A stretch of DNA of 64,000 bases. Origin: a virus. The translations under genes were made by a program, and so were the position numbers. The notes beneath the pieces were generated by a model. It had not been told where the DNA came from, did not search any database, and worked only from the letters and a program-made list of their open reading frames with translations. The stretch is from IMG/VR virus record IMGVR_UViG_3300037054_000079, positions 32,110 to 96,109 of that record. One strand, written 5' to 3'. This document shows positions 49,405-60,508 of the stretch, one piece after another (position 1 is the first letter of the stretch; each line of letters begins with the position of its first letter).

Positions 49405-50967
49405 TTAGCAGACGAAAAACACGCGCCGCAGGGTTGTCAACGCTGCACCGCTGCCGAGAGCCTGAAATATGTCCGGGGCTTCAACAACAGTGAACGTGCC
49501 TGAGACTGGCGTATAGCCTATTACGTTAACCACGTCAACTGCTTCAATTGAGGACCATCTTCCGCTGACTCCCGGCGTGGTGGCGAGAGCCGCGAAGATG
49601 TCCTTGGCTTCGGTGACGGCGAGGGAACCAGTAATCGGTCGAATGCCGTAGGCCGAGAAGATATCCGGGGCTTCGGTCGAGAGCCACGTGCCGAGAGTAT
49701 GTATGTAGCCGGTGGCCGCGAACGTATCTGCGTTCTCAGTCACCATGAAGGTCGCGGTGATCCCCGCCGCTACGCTCCATCCCGCCGCCGCGAACGTGTC
49801 GGGGGTGTCGGTGACAGCCATAGTGCCCGCAAGGCCACCCGGATCGACAACGATGGCGTCAACGACCATGCCCCAATCAAGTTCGCCTTCGGTGAACGTC
49901 TCAGTCTCGCTAGAGAGCGCCGCGATAGAACCCTTGTAAGCGGAGTGCGTGTACTCCCAATCGGTGCCCAAGGTGTTCGACACGTGGTCGATGATAGTGA
50001 AGCCGGTCGGCGGCGTGCCAACTGCGTTCGAGTTGTTGCCCGAACCCCAAAACGCAATAGCCATGACGTTCGAGCCATTGGTCGCGACGCCGCCCACGGA
50101 AGGATTAGTTGTGCTTCCGGTTACGTCAGTGTTAGTTGCCGGAAGGGAGCCGTTCGTATCCCACGGCGCGGAGATAGTTGCGCCCGCGACGGCGAACACG
50201 GTGACATTGGCGTTGTCCATCGCCCCATTGAAGGTGACGGTAGTAACATCGGCGGTGAGCGGCGACGGCGCGTGCGCCCACCATATCTCGACTACTTGTG
50301 GATTAGTATGGCGACCGCCAGTGAACGTCAGACGCTTGCGAAGCCCCCACGTTAGGCCAGCGGTATTAGATATTGAGGATACCTGCGGCGAACCCGCAGC
50401 GGCTAGTTCCGCGCCGATCAGTGCGATAATGATATCATCGCTGCGCGTAGTCGTCAGCGTCGCGGCGGCGGTGGTCGCGCTGTGGCTGCTTCCGGATGCA
50501 AAACCATCCGGGATAAGCATCCGAAAGCCGCTGATCTTGAACTCGATCTCGCGTATGTATGGACTGTTGCTCGTCGAGCCGCCGGTTTGAAAGAGACCAT
50601 AATAGCGATAGCCAGTGCTGTTCGTATAGCCGTGAGCTTCCGAAGCCGATGTCCCGCCGAGATTGATACCTGTCGAAAGATCGGTCCACGTCGAGTTATC
50701 CGGCGATCCGCGCCACGACCACGTACCTTGTGACTGTATGCCGCTCTGATACCACGTGAACTCGTCAATGATAGGATGCTGACCAGCGCCAAAATCAAAT
50801 ATGACGCTTGCAGCAGTTTGTCCGCTGTTCCACCAATAGGCATCGGCCTGCGAGCCATCGAGCAGCGCCGTGCTGACGCCGGACGAGACCAAGCCGCCCG
50901 AAGGCGTTACGGTAATCGCCGGGTTGCGGATGCCCGTGCCGCCGAGATTGGTGTAAGCAGTCGTCAT
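49405..50967 (-). CDS. tail fibre / receptor-binding protein with discoidin-like domain and C-terminal repeats
   Basis: FDFG...GSPDNSTWT...YRYY...IREIEF; six TE..D.F.A.G repeats. Confidence 0.7.
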   Translation of the reverse strand: MTTAYTNLGGTGIRNPAITVTPSGGLVSSGVSTALLDGSQADAYWWNSGQTAASVIFDFGAGQHPIIDEFTWYQSGIQSQGTWSWRGSPDNSTWTDLSTGINLGGTSASEAHGYTNSTGYRYYGLFQTGGSTSNSPYIREIEFKISGFRMLIPDGFASGSSHSATTAAATLTTTRSDDIIIALIGAELAAAGSPQVSSISNTAGLTWGLRKRLTFTGGRHTNPQVVEIWWAHAPSPLTADVTTVTFNGAMDNANVTVFAVAGATISAPWDTNGSLPATNTDVTGSTTNPSVGGVATNGSNVMAIAFWGSGNNSNAVGTPPTGFTIIDHVSNTLGTDWEYTHSAYKGSIAALSSETETFTEGELDWGMVVDAIVVDPGGLAGTMAVTDTPDTFAAAGWSVAAGITATFMVTENADTFAATGYIHTLGTWLSTEAPDIFSAYGIRPITGSLAVTEAKDIFAALATTPGVSGRWSSIEAVDVVNVIGYTPVSGTFTVVEAPDIFQALGSGAALTTLRRVFFVC

Positions 50968-50970
50968 CGG

Positions 50971-51810
50971 TTAGCCTGTGATTGCCGCGCGCAGCGTTAT
51001 CGAGATATCGGCGAGGGTGGCGTCTTGTACCGCCGGGGCGTTGATCGTCAAGATATCGCCCGGAACGAACGTGACCGCTCCGGTAAACGAGAACGAGACC
51101 GCTCCGCTTGTGGGGAATATCACACTGCCGATTGCCGCGCCATTCTGAGCAAGCGGGAAAGTCGCAGAGGCAGTTGCCGCCGTGACATAATCGGCTTGCG
51201 AAGCGGTCAATCCACTAGGGAACGTGATAGTATCAGGACTCTTGTATCTAAGCACCAATTCGCCCGTATTTGGCATGCCCGAAATGAACAGCGCGAGGTT
51301 GCGATAGTCAGTGACCCATGCCGCATCGAAGTCGGTGCCACTGTTCTTGGCGAGTCGTTGTGCGATTGTGCCACCCGGCGTAAGCGCGTTCGTCGCTGCC
51401 GCTATCAGAAGTCCGTAGTAGTTGTGGCCGAGTCCATCGTTTGCGGAGGCACTAAAAGTGGCCGCGCTTGTGTGCGGAAACAGGATCATATAGGTCGCGT
51501 TCGCGTCCGTGACGATATCGTAGGGGGCATAGACGGTGACGGGTGCCCAAGGGCCTCGGAAATTCCATTGTGCAGTCGGCAAAATATACGGCCCGAGGAC
51601 CGCGTGGTTCGTGAGATGCACGAACATCTGATTGCCGTTGACGACGAAATAGTCGATGTCCGCGTTTTGTCCTGCGTGATCCTGCAATGCCGCGAGTTGA
51701 CTGGCGAGAACCCAAAAGTTGATGTCAATCTGATTTGCCGAGAGATCGGCTCCGAGACCGCCGCCCCATCGAGTTGCATCTGTTTCGCGGTAGGTGATTT
51801 GGTCAACCAT
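50971..51810 (-). CDS. tail protein / fibre adaptor
   Basis: RGPWAPVTVY..YDIV, GGTIAQRLAKNSGTDFDAAW motifs. Confidence 0.7.
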   Translation of the reverse strand: MVDQITYRETDATRWGGGLGADLSANQIDINFWVLASQLAALQDHAGQNADIDYFVVNGNQMFVHLTNHAVLGPYILPTAQWNFRGPWAPVTVYAPYDIVTDANATYMILFPHTSAATFSASANDGLGHNYYGLLIAAATNALTPGGTIAQRLAKNSGTDFDAAWVTDYRNLALFISGMPNTGELVLRYKSPDTITFPSGLTASQADYVTAATASATFPLAQNGAAIGSVIFPTSGAVSFSFTGAVTFVPGDILTINAPAVQDATLADISITLRAAITG

Positions 51811-51830
51811 AGCGGGTCTCCGTTGTCATC

Positions 51831-53564
51831 TCAGGAAAGGAGAATGGGGTTACCATCGCGGTCTCGGGGGCCGATGTAGACGGGGTTCTCGGGGTTAGTA
51901 GTGTCCCATCTTGCGGGGTTAAGTTGCCCGGTGTGCTGATAGGTAGCATAAGCCGGTTGAAAAATCCATAGCTCTCCATGAGAAAACCAGTAGCCCGCTG
52001 GAATGCCTGCGATGAACGTCCCGGTGTCAATGCCAAATTTGGGCGCGCTCACCGGAAAGCCTAGCGGTATATTCGCAAAAAAGGTTCTAGGATACGGGAA
52101 TTTGATCGGGTCAATAAGGAAGCCGGTGGCACCATCGGGTAGAGTATAGTAATAGCCCTCATATTGATTGCGCTCCATGCCGTCCATTGCCTGCTGATCG
52201 GCATTGCACGACGCCGAAGTCTCATTCCACATGATATCGTATAGGTACGCGACTGAGGCTGCTAAAGCCGGGGGCACTTTCGCGTCGGTTGGCGGAGTGT
52301 CGAGCGGTGATCCCGGAGGCGGAGGGATTTGTGGGAGGTTCGCGATGCCCGTGAGGTCCCATATATCCGGCGTCCCTCTCTCGCCCGGAGCGCACTTAGG
52401 ATAGCTGACTTTGAAACTGAGCACGCCCCATCCGGGTCCGTCAGCCTCTAATTCCTGCTGTTGCGCGTAGGTCGGGTTCGGGTCTTGGCTTATGAGGACT
52501 GCGTTATCTAACGATGTGTAGCCGAACGATGGAAGTGGAGCGCCGGGTCCGGTTTCCGTGGAAGCATTAAATATGCCGTAGTCAGTTCCGACATTTGGTA
52601 GACGGCGTGAGGCCCAAATCGCCTCGGCAAAGTTATTGTAGAGTTCTGGAAATTGAACCGTGTCTTGTGACCACTCATACTGTTGCTGCACAGGTATCCA
52701 CCAATACCACGGCCCGCTTGGAGCACTCGATCCGCAAATCCACCACAGCGGTCCCGGATTTAGCACAGCACTTGGGGCTTTGCCGAGCCACGGGCCTTTG
52801 CTGTCTTTTGGCCAGCGGACATAGGGATCAGGGTCGGTATTATCCGGGGGGATCGGCTTGCCGGTCTCGGGGTCCGTCACATATCTAGTCGTGTCAATAT
52901 CGTTTATACCAGATTGGGGAATGGACATGAGCCATCCATTGTGATTTGGCCCGAGAAACGAGATTGCGTCCACTCTATTATTGAGCAGAAACTTGTTAGG
53001 AATAGGGTCTGCTAATAGTCGTTCGGTGTTAGCATCAGTATCGGAAACAGTTCCGTCCACGAGTAGCTGTATTACATGAATATGCGACGAACGAGTTGTA
53101 TAGTCAGACGAGTCCGCCGTCAATCCGTTGCCGGTATGGTCTACAACAGCATCATGGATGCCCGATGGCGGCATCATCAAAGACATTTCGGTCTTGTTCG
53201 GGAGCACAAAACTGATGGCGTCAAGAGTTTCCATATCGAGCATCTGTGTCGGGTCAGTCGCACTTTGATAGCGAGTCATGTGACACTCGCGGGTATAGCC
53301 CTTTTGAGTCTTTGGGTCCGTGTTTGGGGGGTCTTGGATACTAGCTCCATCGCCGGTGTTGTCTATGACGCGGGGGTGGGAGTTTGTCTTGGCGGTTACG
53401 TCAATGATGTATTCCTCCGTGTTGCCCTGATTGTTGCCGCTGTAGTCATAGCCCTCGGATTTTGCCTTCGTCATTACGACAAGATCAATGACTTGGACAT
53501 CCACATATATAGTTTTGTCTTGCGGGTTCTTACATCGAACTTTGTGTGTGGAGCGCGTCGCCAT
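51831..53564 (-). CDS. putative tail protein (577 aa) with three N-terminal repeats
   Basis: TRxxH...D.ISF repeats; position in tail operon. Confidence 0.65.
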   Translation of the reverse strand: MATRSTHKVRCKNPQDKTIYVDVQVIDLVVMTKAKSEGYDYSGNNQGNTEEYIIDVTAKTNSHPRVIDNTGDGASIQDPPNTDPKTQKGYTRECHMTRYQSATDPTQMLDMETLDAISFVLPNKTEMSLMMPPSGIHDAVVDHTGNGLTADSSDYTTRSSHIHVIQLLVDGTVSDTDANTERLLADPIPNKFLLNNRVDAISFLGPNHNGWLMSIPQSGINDIDTTRYVTDPETGKPIPPDNTDPDPYVRWPKDSKGPWLGKAPSAVLNPGPLWWICGSSAPSGPWYWWIPVQQQYEWSQDTVQFPELYNNFAEAIWASRRLPNVGTDYGIFNASTETGPGAPLPSFGYTSLDNAVLISQDPNPTYAQQQELEADGPGWGVLSFKVSYPKCAPGERGTPDIWDLTGIANLPQIPPPPGSPLDTPPTDAKVPPALAASVAYLYDIMWNETSASCNADQQAMDGMERNQYEGYYYTLPDGATGFLIDPIKFPYPRTFFANIPLGFPVSAPKFGIDTGTFIAGIPAGYWFSHGELWIFQPAYATYQHTGQLNPARWDTTNPENPVYIGPRDRDGNPILLS

Positions 53565-53566
53565 GA

Positions 53567-53806
53567 TTATAAACTCACTTCCGTAAGCTTCAACTTTAGC
53601 GCCGCGCTGTTTGGGGCGCTCTCTTTATGGACTTCGCCCATCTTCGTGCTCACTGTCCCACTTCCGCTGTAGGCAAAGATTTTAGTCCCGCCGCGAAGCC
53701 CAATACTGAGTCGCACGGGCGCGGCTCCGGCGACGCCCGGCGTAATCACACGCACGGGCGTAACGTCTTCACCTTGGTATGGTCGGACGACTTGTTCTAA
53801 ACTCAT
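53567..53806 (-). CDS. small tail protein
   Basis: MSLEQVVRPYQ; coupled to upstream gene. Confidence 0.65.
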   Translation of the reverse strand: MSLEQVVRPYQGEDVTPVRVITPGVAGAAPVRLSIGLRGGTKIFAYSGSGTVSTKMGEVHKESAPNSAALKLKLTEVSL

Positions 53807-56484
53807 AGAGACGACTCCGCTGCGAGATCAATGCCCTTGTTGATGACGAGCCGACTCACGATGGGTGCGTAGGACCCCTCGAATGTGCCGCCGACCACGG
53901 GCTTAAAGAATATATTCCATGAAACGGGATTAGCTTCCATCACATATGGTGTGCTTCGTGCCGTATAGAAAAGTGCTTGCTGCACATTGTACCAATCGCG
54001 CGCTGCACTAAATCCGGTTACGGTAGTAATCGCGCCGCCGTCCCCGGTTTCCTGTTGCTGCGCTGGCGGAACTTGAAAATTGATCTCTGCCAAATAAGAG
54101 GCAACCGGGAATGAAGCTTCAATGATAGCGGCTTGACCAGTAGCGTTCATAAGTCCCGCACTATAGTTCCCTGTAGTCGGGTCGAATGTCCCATACCCCC
54201 TAGTTGAAGGGACACCCGCGCTCATGTTAAATTCGCCGTACGCGCGACCGCCGTTGCCGTCCGGGTGAGGCTCGCTGACTGAGCTTAGGTCGGTGATGGG
54301 GAACGAAATCCCGTCATCAAATGGATAGAACCTCGGGGGCGTGTACGTGACATCGCTAGTCGGGAACCCGATGATCTCCCCATCCATCTGTTGATAGTTG
54401 CTTTGCATATAGCCGCTGCTCGCGTACACTCCGACGCCGGGGTTTGTCACGATACCGCCTTCTAAGCCAACCGCGCACCCGATCTCGATGTGCCCAATCT
54501 CTTTTCCGCCCCGACTCGACAAGGAGTACGATATGATTTTGCCGGTAGCGGTGCCTCCCGGAAGTCGAGAGTCGTTAATTGTCGCGTTCATACGGCACGA
54601 CAAGCTCGTAGCTAAATCAAATGGGCAATCCCACCCGACCGTGACAGCGCGCGAACGCTTGCGCAACCGGGCGCGAGCTTTCGAGATCAGGTATTCGACA
54701 CTGTTCTGCCCGCGCTGAGTCGGGAAGTAGCATCGTGCGGGGACGTTCCCCGGCGTCCCGCCAGCGGGGATTTGGAGGATCGCCGGGCTGACACCGAGAC
54801 AGGTCCAGACGACCGAGCCGTCCGACACGGTAGCCCCATATGTCGTGGTGAAAGTGGGAGCAAATATGTGGTCTATGATGATCGGCGCGGGCGTCCCCTC
54901 GTCGCTCGTTTTGATCTCTGGCACATAGGAGTATTGTTCATTGACCGCGTTTGTCTCGCCGGGTGTAGTGCATAGATAGTAAGTCGTCTCGCCCGTGGGG
55001 TCAAAATTTCCGGTATTCAGATCGAACGTGACCTTTTGATAGCAGATTATCTCTCCGCGCGGCACAAAGGAGGCTTCTGCCCAATCCGGAGCGTGGGTAA
55101 GCGGCGACAAGCCCATGCTCGACCAATGCACGCTGCCGTCAACGACAACGGTGCCGGGCACATCGCTAAAAGTCGGCTCAATGCCACCAGCGGTGCCAGC
55201 CTGTACGCAGACTTGATGCGCTAGTCCGCCGGGCGTAGTTGGGTCGTTCGGGAAGATGATCTGTCCTAGACCAACGTACTTTCCGGCGAAGTCACTCCAT
55301 GCGTCAATCTGCTGTAGAGGTTCGCCGACATCCGTTCCTGAGATCGAGATCAGTTCACTATGTTGCGCCACGGTCGGCGAGGCCAAGACGCTTTGCGTGT
55401 CGGCAATCACATCGAACGCTAAAAGCTCCGAGAAGGCTCGTTTCGCGTCGTAGCGCAACGTCATATCGCACGCGAGGTTCCACAGCGGGACAGTTTGCCC
55501 CGCGAGGGAGTAGGTAGACGGGCGATTGTCCGGTGGATCGGAATATGGATCGCAGAGACCACCCCGGCCAAAATAAGTTAGCAGGCCGGAGAGAGGATTT
55601 GGTGATTGGAGTGCGGCATAAGAAAATGACTGAGACGAGGAAACAACTGAGCAGTCAAACTCGACCACATCCCCGTAAAAAGTTTGGCTGACACTTTGAC
55701 TTACAGTCGGGGTCTCCGCGACATGATAAACATCCGCGACGTAGGTATACTCGGCTTTCCACCCGCCACCTAGACTAGCGCCGCCTTTCGGCCAGTCGCT
55801 CATGAAAGTGTCGCCGGTATAAGAGGCAACATTCAAGATGGGCATCGAGACAAAGCCCGTTGCTCGCTGAGTCCACTTGACCGTTGCTTCAACGCGAACA
55901 TTCGTAAGGGGCGCTTCACCGATCTTGAGCGACAAACTTTTGTAGAACGCATCGTCCACGTCAAAGACAGCCGTACCGTCTTCACCGATCAAAATATCGG
56001 ACGCCGTTGTTGTGAGCGCGGTTCGGTCGATATGCCACAATGCCGACCAGCCTTCGAGCACCGAGTCCGGCTCGTCACGGTGCGCGTCATCCAAGAATAC
56101 GCCGTCATAGAACGGCGAGATTTTCATTGCCTCGGCGACGGCTTGCTTGTCTTCGATATAGGTATGCGCACGCGCGATGAACTTGAGCGTGATTTTCTCG
56201 TCGAAGATACTTGTCGGGATGCCGAGCAAAACTCCGAAGAACAGTGGGACTATGTGTCCGTTCGTCGGGTCCTGTCGTGCGAACCATGCCCACACCTTGC
56301 GACCCGGATTGAGCAGGCCAATGCGCGGATTGATGATCTCAAGGTCCAGTGTCGGGTGCTGCCCTTCATCGTGCTTGAGGTCGAACGAGAAAATATCCTC
56401 GTCCACAACAGTCATCGTGGTCGGATCAAACGTGGTTTCGTTTTCGTAGACCCACGCAAAATAAAAGGATGGAATAGAGGTCAT
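53803..56484 (-). CDS. tail tip / hub protein (893 aa)
   Basis: Position after Dit-like gene; inserted C..AGT..EPTF...DGSV.W modules. Confidence 0.75.
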   Translation of the reverse strand: MTSIPSFYFAWVYENETTFDPTTMTVVDEDIFSFDLKHDEGQHPTLDLEIINPRIGLLNPGRKVWAWFARQDPTNGHIVPLFFGVLLGIPTSIFDEKITLKFIARAHTYIEDKQAVAEAMKISPFYDGVFLDDAHRDEPDSVLEGWSALWHIDRTALTTTASDILIGEDGTAVFDVDDAFYKSLSLKIGEAPLTNVRVEATVKWTQRATGFVSMPILNVASYTGDTFMSDWPKGGASLGGGWKAEYTYVADVYHVAETPTVSQSVSQTFYGDVVEFDCSVVSSSQSFSYAALQSPNPLSGLLTYFGRGGLCDPYSDPPDNRPSTYSLAGQTVPLWNLACDMTLRYDAKRAFSELLAFDVIADTQSVLASPTVAQHSELISISGTDVGEPLQQIDAWSDFAGKYVGLGQIIFPNDPTTPGGLAHQVCVQAGTAGGIEPTFSDVPGTVVVDGSVHWSSMGLSPLTHAPDWAEASFVPRGEIICYQKVTFDLNTGNFDPTGETTYYLCTTPGETNAVNEQYSYVPEIKTSDEGTPAPIIIDHIFAPTFTTTYGATVSDGSVVWTCLGVSPAILQIPAGGTPGNVPARCYFPTQRGQNSVEYLISKARARLRKRSRAVTVGWDCPFDLATSLSCRMNATINDSRLPGGTATGKIISYSLSSRGGKEIGHIEIGCAVGLEGGIVTNPGVGVYASSGYMQSNYQQMDGEIIGFPTSDVTYTPPRFYPFDDGISFPITDLSSVSEPHPDGNGGRAYGEFNMSAGVPSTRGYGTFDPTTGNYSAGLMNATGQAAIIEASFPVASYLAEINFQVPPAQQQETGDGGAITTVTGFSAARDWYNVQQALFYTARSTPYVMEANPVSWNIFFKPVVGGTFEGSYAPIVSRLVINKGIDLAAESSL

Positions 56485-57005
56485 TACACTTTCCTCAAGT
56501 ACGTTCGATCAGGCACAACAGCTGAAACTTTGCCGCTGTCTTCGCCCGTGTTTTTGTAGTACAGGCCGCCAGTCATCGCTGCTTTGGAGCGCGCACGCCG
56601 ATTAGCGCCGTCATCCGTTGCCGGGCGATTGGCTGTGTTGTTCATGTGCCCGGTGATATTGTACTGCGCGACCGAAGGTTTTGCATCGAGTGGTACGAGA
56701 GTCTTGTCGTGCCCCATTGTCGGACGCTCAGTGGGACGCTCAGTCGGATAGTAATCGTTCTTCGCGATTAAGGTCTTGCCATATTCGCGGTCGCCGTTCC
56801 AGCCTTTGCCGTCTGCCGGGATGCCAATGCGCGCCTCAAGCGCGATCTTTGCCGCCGCAGCGGTGCCAACATGCACCGCGCCAGTCGGCCCCGGTTCGCC
56901 AGTTGGCGAACCGTGATACCACACAGGCAGCGTCAGCGGCGTGCGACCGATCTGATCGACTCCGCCGCCGTGCGCTGCGCTCCCATGTCCCTTGGCGTCT
57001 TTCAT
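56484..57005 (-). CDS. putative ADP-ribosyltransferase-fold protein
   Basis: WYHGS, VHVGT..AA, GLYYKNTGEDSGKVSAVV resemble ART-PolyVal-type motifs. Confidence 0.45.
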   Translation of the reverse strand: MKDAKGHGSAAHGGGVDQIGRTPLTLPVWYHGSPTGEPGPTGAVHVGTAAAAKIALEARIGIPADGKGWNGDREYGKTLIAKNDYYPTERPTERPTMGHDKTLVPLDAKPSVAQYNITGHMNNTANRPATDDGANRRARSKAAMTGGLYYKNTGEDSGKVSAVVPDRTYLRKV

Positions 57006-57231
57006 TTCGTCTCTCGTCTCTGACACTCGCATTCGACTTGCTTGTTCACCGTGCCAACCGACTCGCGCACGATGTAGCTGCCGCTGCCGGTCGTTATCAT
57101 GGTGCCCTTGCTATAGCCAACCGGGGCAGCGCGGACCGCGACGACCGAACTCGGATTGATTGCGATGGTGCTCCCGTCTAGCCCGGTGAAGTAGACAAGG
57201 TGCCACGCGATTAGGAAAATACTTACGATCA

Positions 57232-57696
57232 TCATTCTTCCTCAAGATCGAGGTCCCATCCGATAACACACTTCCATTCGTCAAGATGTAACGAGAGCGT
57301 ACCCACGAGCATGTTCAAGGCCGGGCGATAGAACGTGTAGTTGCCCTGCGTGTAGCTCGATCCGCTGACTTCGGGACGCCCCGGCGAGCCGGGGCTGCCG
57401 GTGAGATAACAGAGTTCGGCGGCGCAATGGACCGTCACGAGCATGCCGGGCCACAGATTGTCAAGCGGCGGCGTCGTGTTATCGGAACACGAGATTTTCG
57501 AACTGTACTTGCGGAATATCGGGTTCGAGATGTCCTTGAGGACGCCGTTGATTGTGCGTTCCTGTTGCTTGGCGTCATTTATCACGGCGAGCGTTTGCGT
57601 CAAGCCCCGCGCCTGCCACAGCATCGTACCGAGACCGCTGATCTGCAAGAGCGTGTCATTGTATATTGAAACCGGGACGATTGTCTCGAAGCTCAT
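57232..57696 (-). CDS. distal tail (Dit)-like protein
   Basis: ARGLTQTL, RTING.L.DIS...FRKY, LDLEEE; follows tape measure. Confidence 0.7.
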   Translation of the reverse strand: MSFETIVPVSIYNDTLLQISGLGTMLWQARGLTQTLAVINDAKQQERTINGVLKDISNPIFRKYSSKISCSDNTTPPLDNLWPGMLVTVHCAAELCYLTGSPGSPGRPEVSGSSYTQGNYTFYRPALNMLVGTLSLHLDEWKCVIGWDLDLEEE

Positions 57697-58031
57697 GGTG
57701 TGTCCTTATCTGACTTTGCGTCCGCCGGGCGGTACGGTGCCGCGACCGACACCCTCGCGCGGGTCGTTACCGCCGCCAGTCGTCAGCCCTTTGATCGGCT
57801 TCTTGGTCGTGAACGGGACGCCTGCGCGGATCGAGGCGGCTCCGGCGTCGCGCAGATCGGTGCGCATTGTCGAGCGCCCGCCGATGATGGCCGGGCAGGG
57901 GAGATCGGACCGTTTGCTTTCCATTGGAGTGCTCCTAAGTGGCGCGAAGCGCGGGAGGGGTGTGTTACGGTCGGCGCTTTCGACCGCGAAGCCGGTGGAG
58001 CGTGAAAGATTGGCTATGACTGTCTCGCGCA

Positions 58032-60506
58032 TTATCTCACCCATGAGGGCTTACGCCCGGCGGAAGAAGATTGCTGACTGATCGCATAACTCGTGAGCTT
58101 CTCCGCCACGTCCTGCGGTGCGTGTAAGCCGTCGAAGTGATGGCCGTCAATGCTCAAGTTCAAAACTGATCCGGCCTTTTGTGCCCCGCTCGCTGCCGGT
58201 CGTCCAACTCCGGCGAGCACCGGGCCGCCCATGGCGAAGCCGGGGAACTGCATATTGTTTAGTCTGTCGAACACATCCGAACCGTAAGCGCGCACAGCGG
58301 CGGCGCGCATGACGAACTCACCGTTCGAGAGTCGCGCTAAGATGCTGTCGCTTGTGCCACTGCCGGGTCCACGAATAGCACCGCCGTCAGCGTTACCGCT
58401 AACGGGAGCGGAGGCGGGCGATTGCGGTTGCGATTTCGATTGCGGTTCACTCCCGGCGGCGTCTATGATCCTTTTTAATGCGGCGGCGGCTGCCTGAGCC
58501 TGTTCTGAGAGTGCCGAAAGCGGCGCGATGGTCGCCTTGGCTTTTTCGCCAAGGTCGGAAACGGCGGCTGTCGCTGGTGCTTCCGGTGCTGACACTTTCG
58601 GTGCTGGCGCTCCCGATGTCGGCGCTGGCGCTCCCGACGCTGGCGCTCCCGACGCTGGCGCTGGCGCTGCGCCGTCCCGGAGCTTTTGCCAGTCAATCCC
58701 GTCAAGGACACTCATATGATCCCTGAATTGGCTTAATGATCCAGCGGCTCCGATGGCTTGCTCTTTGAGGTCCCCGAGCGGCTTGCTGTCCTCGGGCTTA
58801 ACCACCGGAGGCGCGTTGCCATCGACGTTCTGCCGTCGCTGCGCAGCCAACTCATGTAGCAGATTGGTGAAAAAACCCGCCGCTCCGCCAGTGCCGCCGG
58901 GGATGACATCTTTCTTATCTGCAACTACTTTCAGAACATCGGACCGAGCTTCCGCCCCTAAACTGGCGACCTTCGACACAATATCTGTGAGCTTCTGCAA
59001 CTCCGCGCCCTGTTGGATAAAGGCTGGATTTTTCTCTCCCTCTGAGGTTACTTTTTTAATGTCCAGATTTTCGAGGGCTTTCACAATCTCCGCGCTGCCC
59101 TGTCCTTGACGCCCGCCACCCCTTTGCGCGATCATGGCGTTCTTATCGGCTTCGGTCAATCCGCTCCGTGGATTTTGAAACAGCTTGGCCAGTTCGGCCA
59201 TGAAATCTTCCGGCGCAAATTTGCGACCTTCATCCCGCGCGCGCTGCTGAGCCTGCTCTTGAACGGCCTGATTTTTGTTCCGGGTTGATATATCGTCGAG
59301 ATGCCCGGCAAGCGGACCTTCACCACGCATACCCCCTTGTATGAGTCGGGGGTCTTTCAGCATCGTTTCGTATTGTTTTTCGGCAGCCTCTTTCACGTGC
59401 GTCAGCGCCATAGCAAGCGCGTTGGCAGCACGCGCCGGAGCAGTGAGGCTTTCGGCGAGGTCCTTGGTCTGTTTTTGAAGTGCTTGGTCGTAGTGAAGTT
59501 GTGCTTTCTCGACCGGAGAAACCGCTGTTTGATCCTTCGTCTGTTTCAACATCGAGTCGGAAAGAGACTGAATGCTTTTTGCAAGCGACTGCTGCGCTTG
59601 TTCCTGTTTCAAGGCTAAGTCGCGTGGGGCAGTCTCTTGTTTATAATCCGCGTTCTTTGACGCAAGCTCCGCCGAGTACACACTCTGTTGCGCGCGACGG
59701 ATTTGCAGTTGTTTATTCGCCTCTTTATTCGGCGTGCCGCTTTGCAAATCCTGTAGCCGCTGTTGTGCTTCCTCGACACCGAGGCTCGCTGACGTAGCGC
59801 CGAGATCGGCAGCGGCAACCGAGGTATCGCGCATCGCGTCGGCTAGAGCATTGACGGATGCTTGGACACTTAGCGCGGCGGAGCCAACAGAAAGCATATC
59901 ATTGGAGGCTGTCGATGCCGCGTCCGCAGCGGCAAACTGCAAAGTATGATAGGCGTCGGCGACCGATATAATATCTTCGCGAACTTTGAGTGCTTGATCT
60001 TGCGCAACCTCTGCGTTTTTGGCCTGTGCATCTTGGACCTCAAGATTAGCCGATACAACACCTTCGGCGGCTGACTCTTGCACAGCCCCGGAAGTACGCA
60101 TTATCCGATTAACTTCGGAGACCGAGTTGGCTACGCTAGTTGTCATACGCTGGACGGCGCGTTCCACCTGTTGCGGACCGACTCCAAACTTTGCGAAGGC
60201 TGCTTCCAGTCCTTGCATACCCGCTATATTAGTGCCGAAGGACTCTCCGAGGTCTTCCAACTTGACTCCGGTCTCAGCCGTTTTCTCCGCGAGTGTCGCT
60301 AACGCGACGCCCATAGCTGTAAGAGCGATGACTATACCGGCGGCCCCCTTGCCAAACAGCGCAAGGCCGCTTGATCCGCTTTCCGCAGCTGTGGCTATTG
60401 ACTCGAACGCACTCTCGGCCTCGTGCGCCATCGTGACAAAGGTCGCGCCGACATCACCGACGCCTTCGACGGATATGTGTTGAACAATGTCTTCAAGATC
60501 AGCCAT
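58032..60506 (-). CDS. tape measure protein
   Basis: Ala/Gln-rich helical 824 aa; GGAIRGPGSGTSDSILARLSNGEFVMRAAAV motif. Confidence 0.92.
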   Translation of the reverse strand: MADLEDIVQHISVEGVGDVGATFVTMAHEAESAFESIATAAESGSSGLALFGKGAAGIVIALTAMGVALATLAEKTAETGVKLEDLGESFGTNIAGMQGLEAAFAKFGVGPQQVERAVQRMTTSVANSVSEVNRIMRTSGAVQESAAEGVVSANLEVQDAQAKNAEVAQDQALKVREDIISVADAYHTLQFAAADAASTASNDMLSVGSAALSVQASVNALADAMRDTSVAAADLGATSASLGVEEAQQRLQDLQSGTPNKEANKQLQIRRAQQSVYSAELASKNADYKQETAPRDLALKQEQAQQSLAKSIQSLSDSMLKQTKDQTAVSPVEKAQLHYDQALQKQTKDLAESLTAPARAANALAMALTHVKEAAEKQYETMLKDPRLIQGGMRGEGPLAGHLDDISTRNKNQAVQEQAQQRARDEGRKFAPEDFMAELAKLFQNPRSGLTEADKNAMIAQRGGGRQGQGSAEIVKALENLDIKKVTSEGEKNPAFIQQGAELQKLTDIVSKVASLGAEARSDVLKVVADKKDVIPGGTGGAAGFFTNLLHELAAQRRQNVDGNAPPVVKPEDSKPLGDLKEQAIGAAGSLSQFRDHMSVLDGIDWQKLRDGAAPAPASGAPASGAPAPTSGAPAPKVSAPEAPATAAVSDLGEKAKATIAPLSALSEQAQAAAAALKRIIDAAGSEPQSKSQPQSPASAPVSGNADGGAIRGPGSGTSDSILARLSNGEFVMRAAAVRAYGSDVFDRLNNMQFPGFAMGGPVLAGVGRPAASGAQKAGSVLNLSIDGHHFDGLHAPQDVAEKLTSYAISQQSSSAGRKPSWVR

Positions 60507-60508
60507 GG

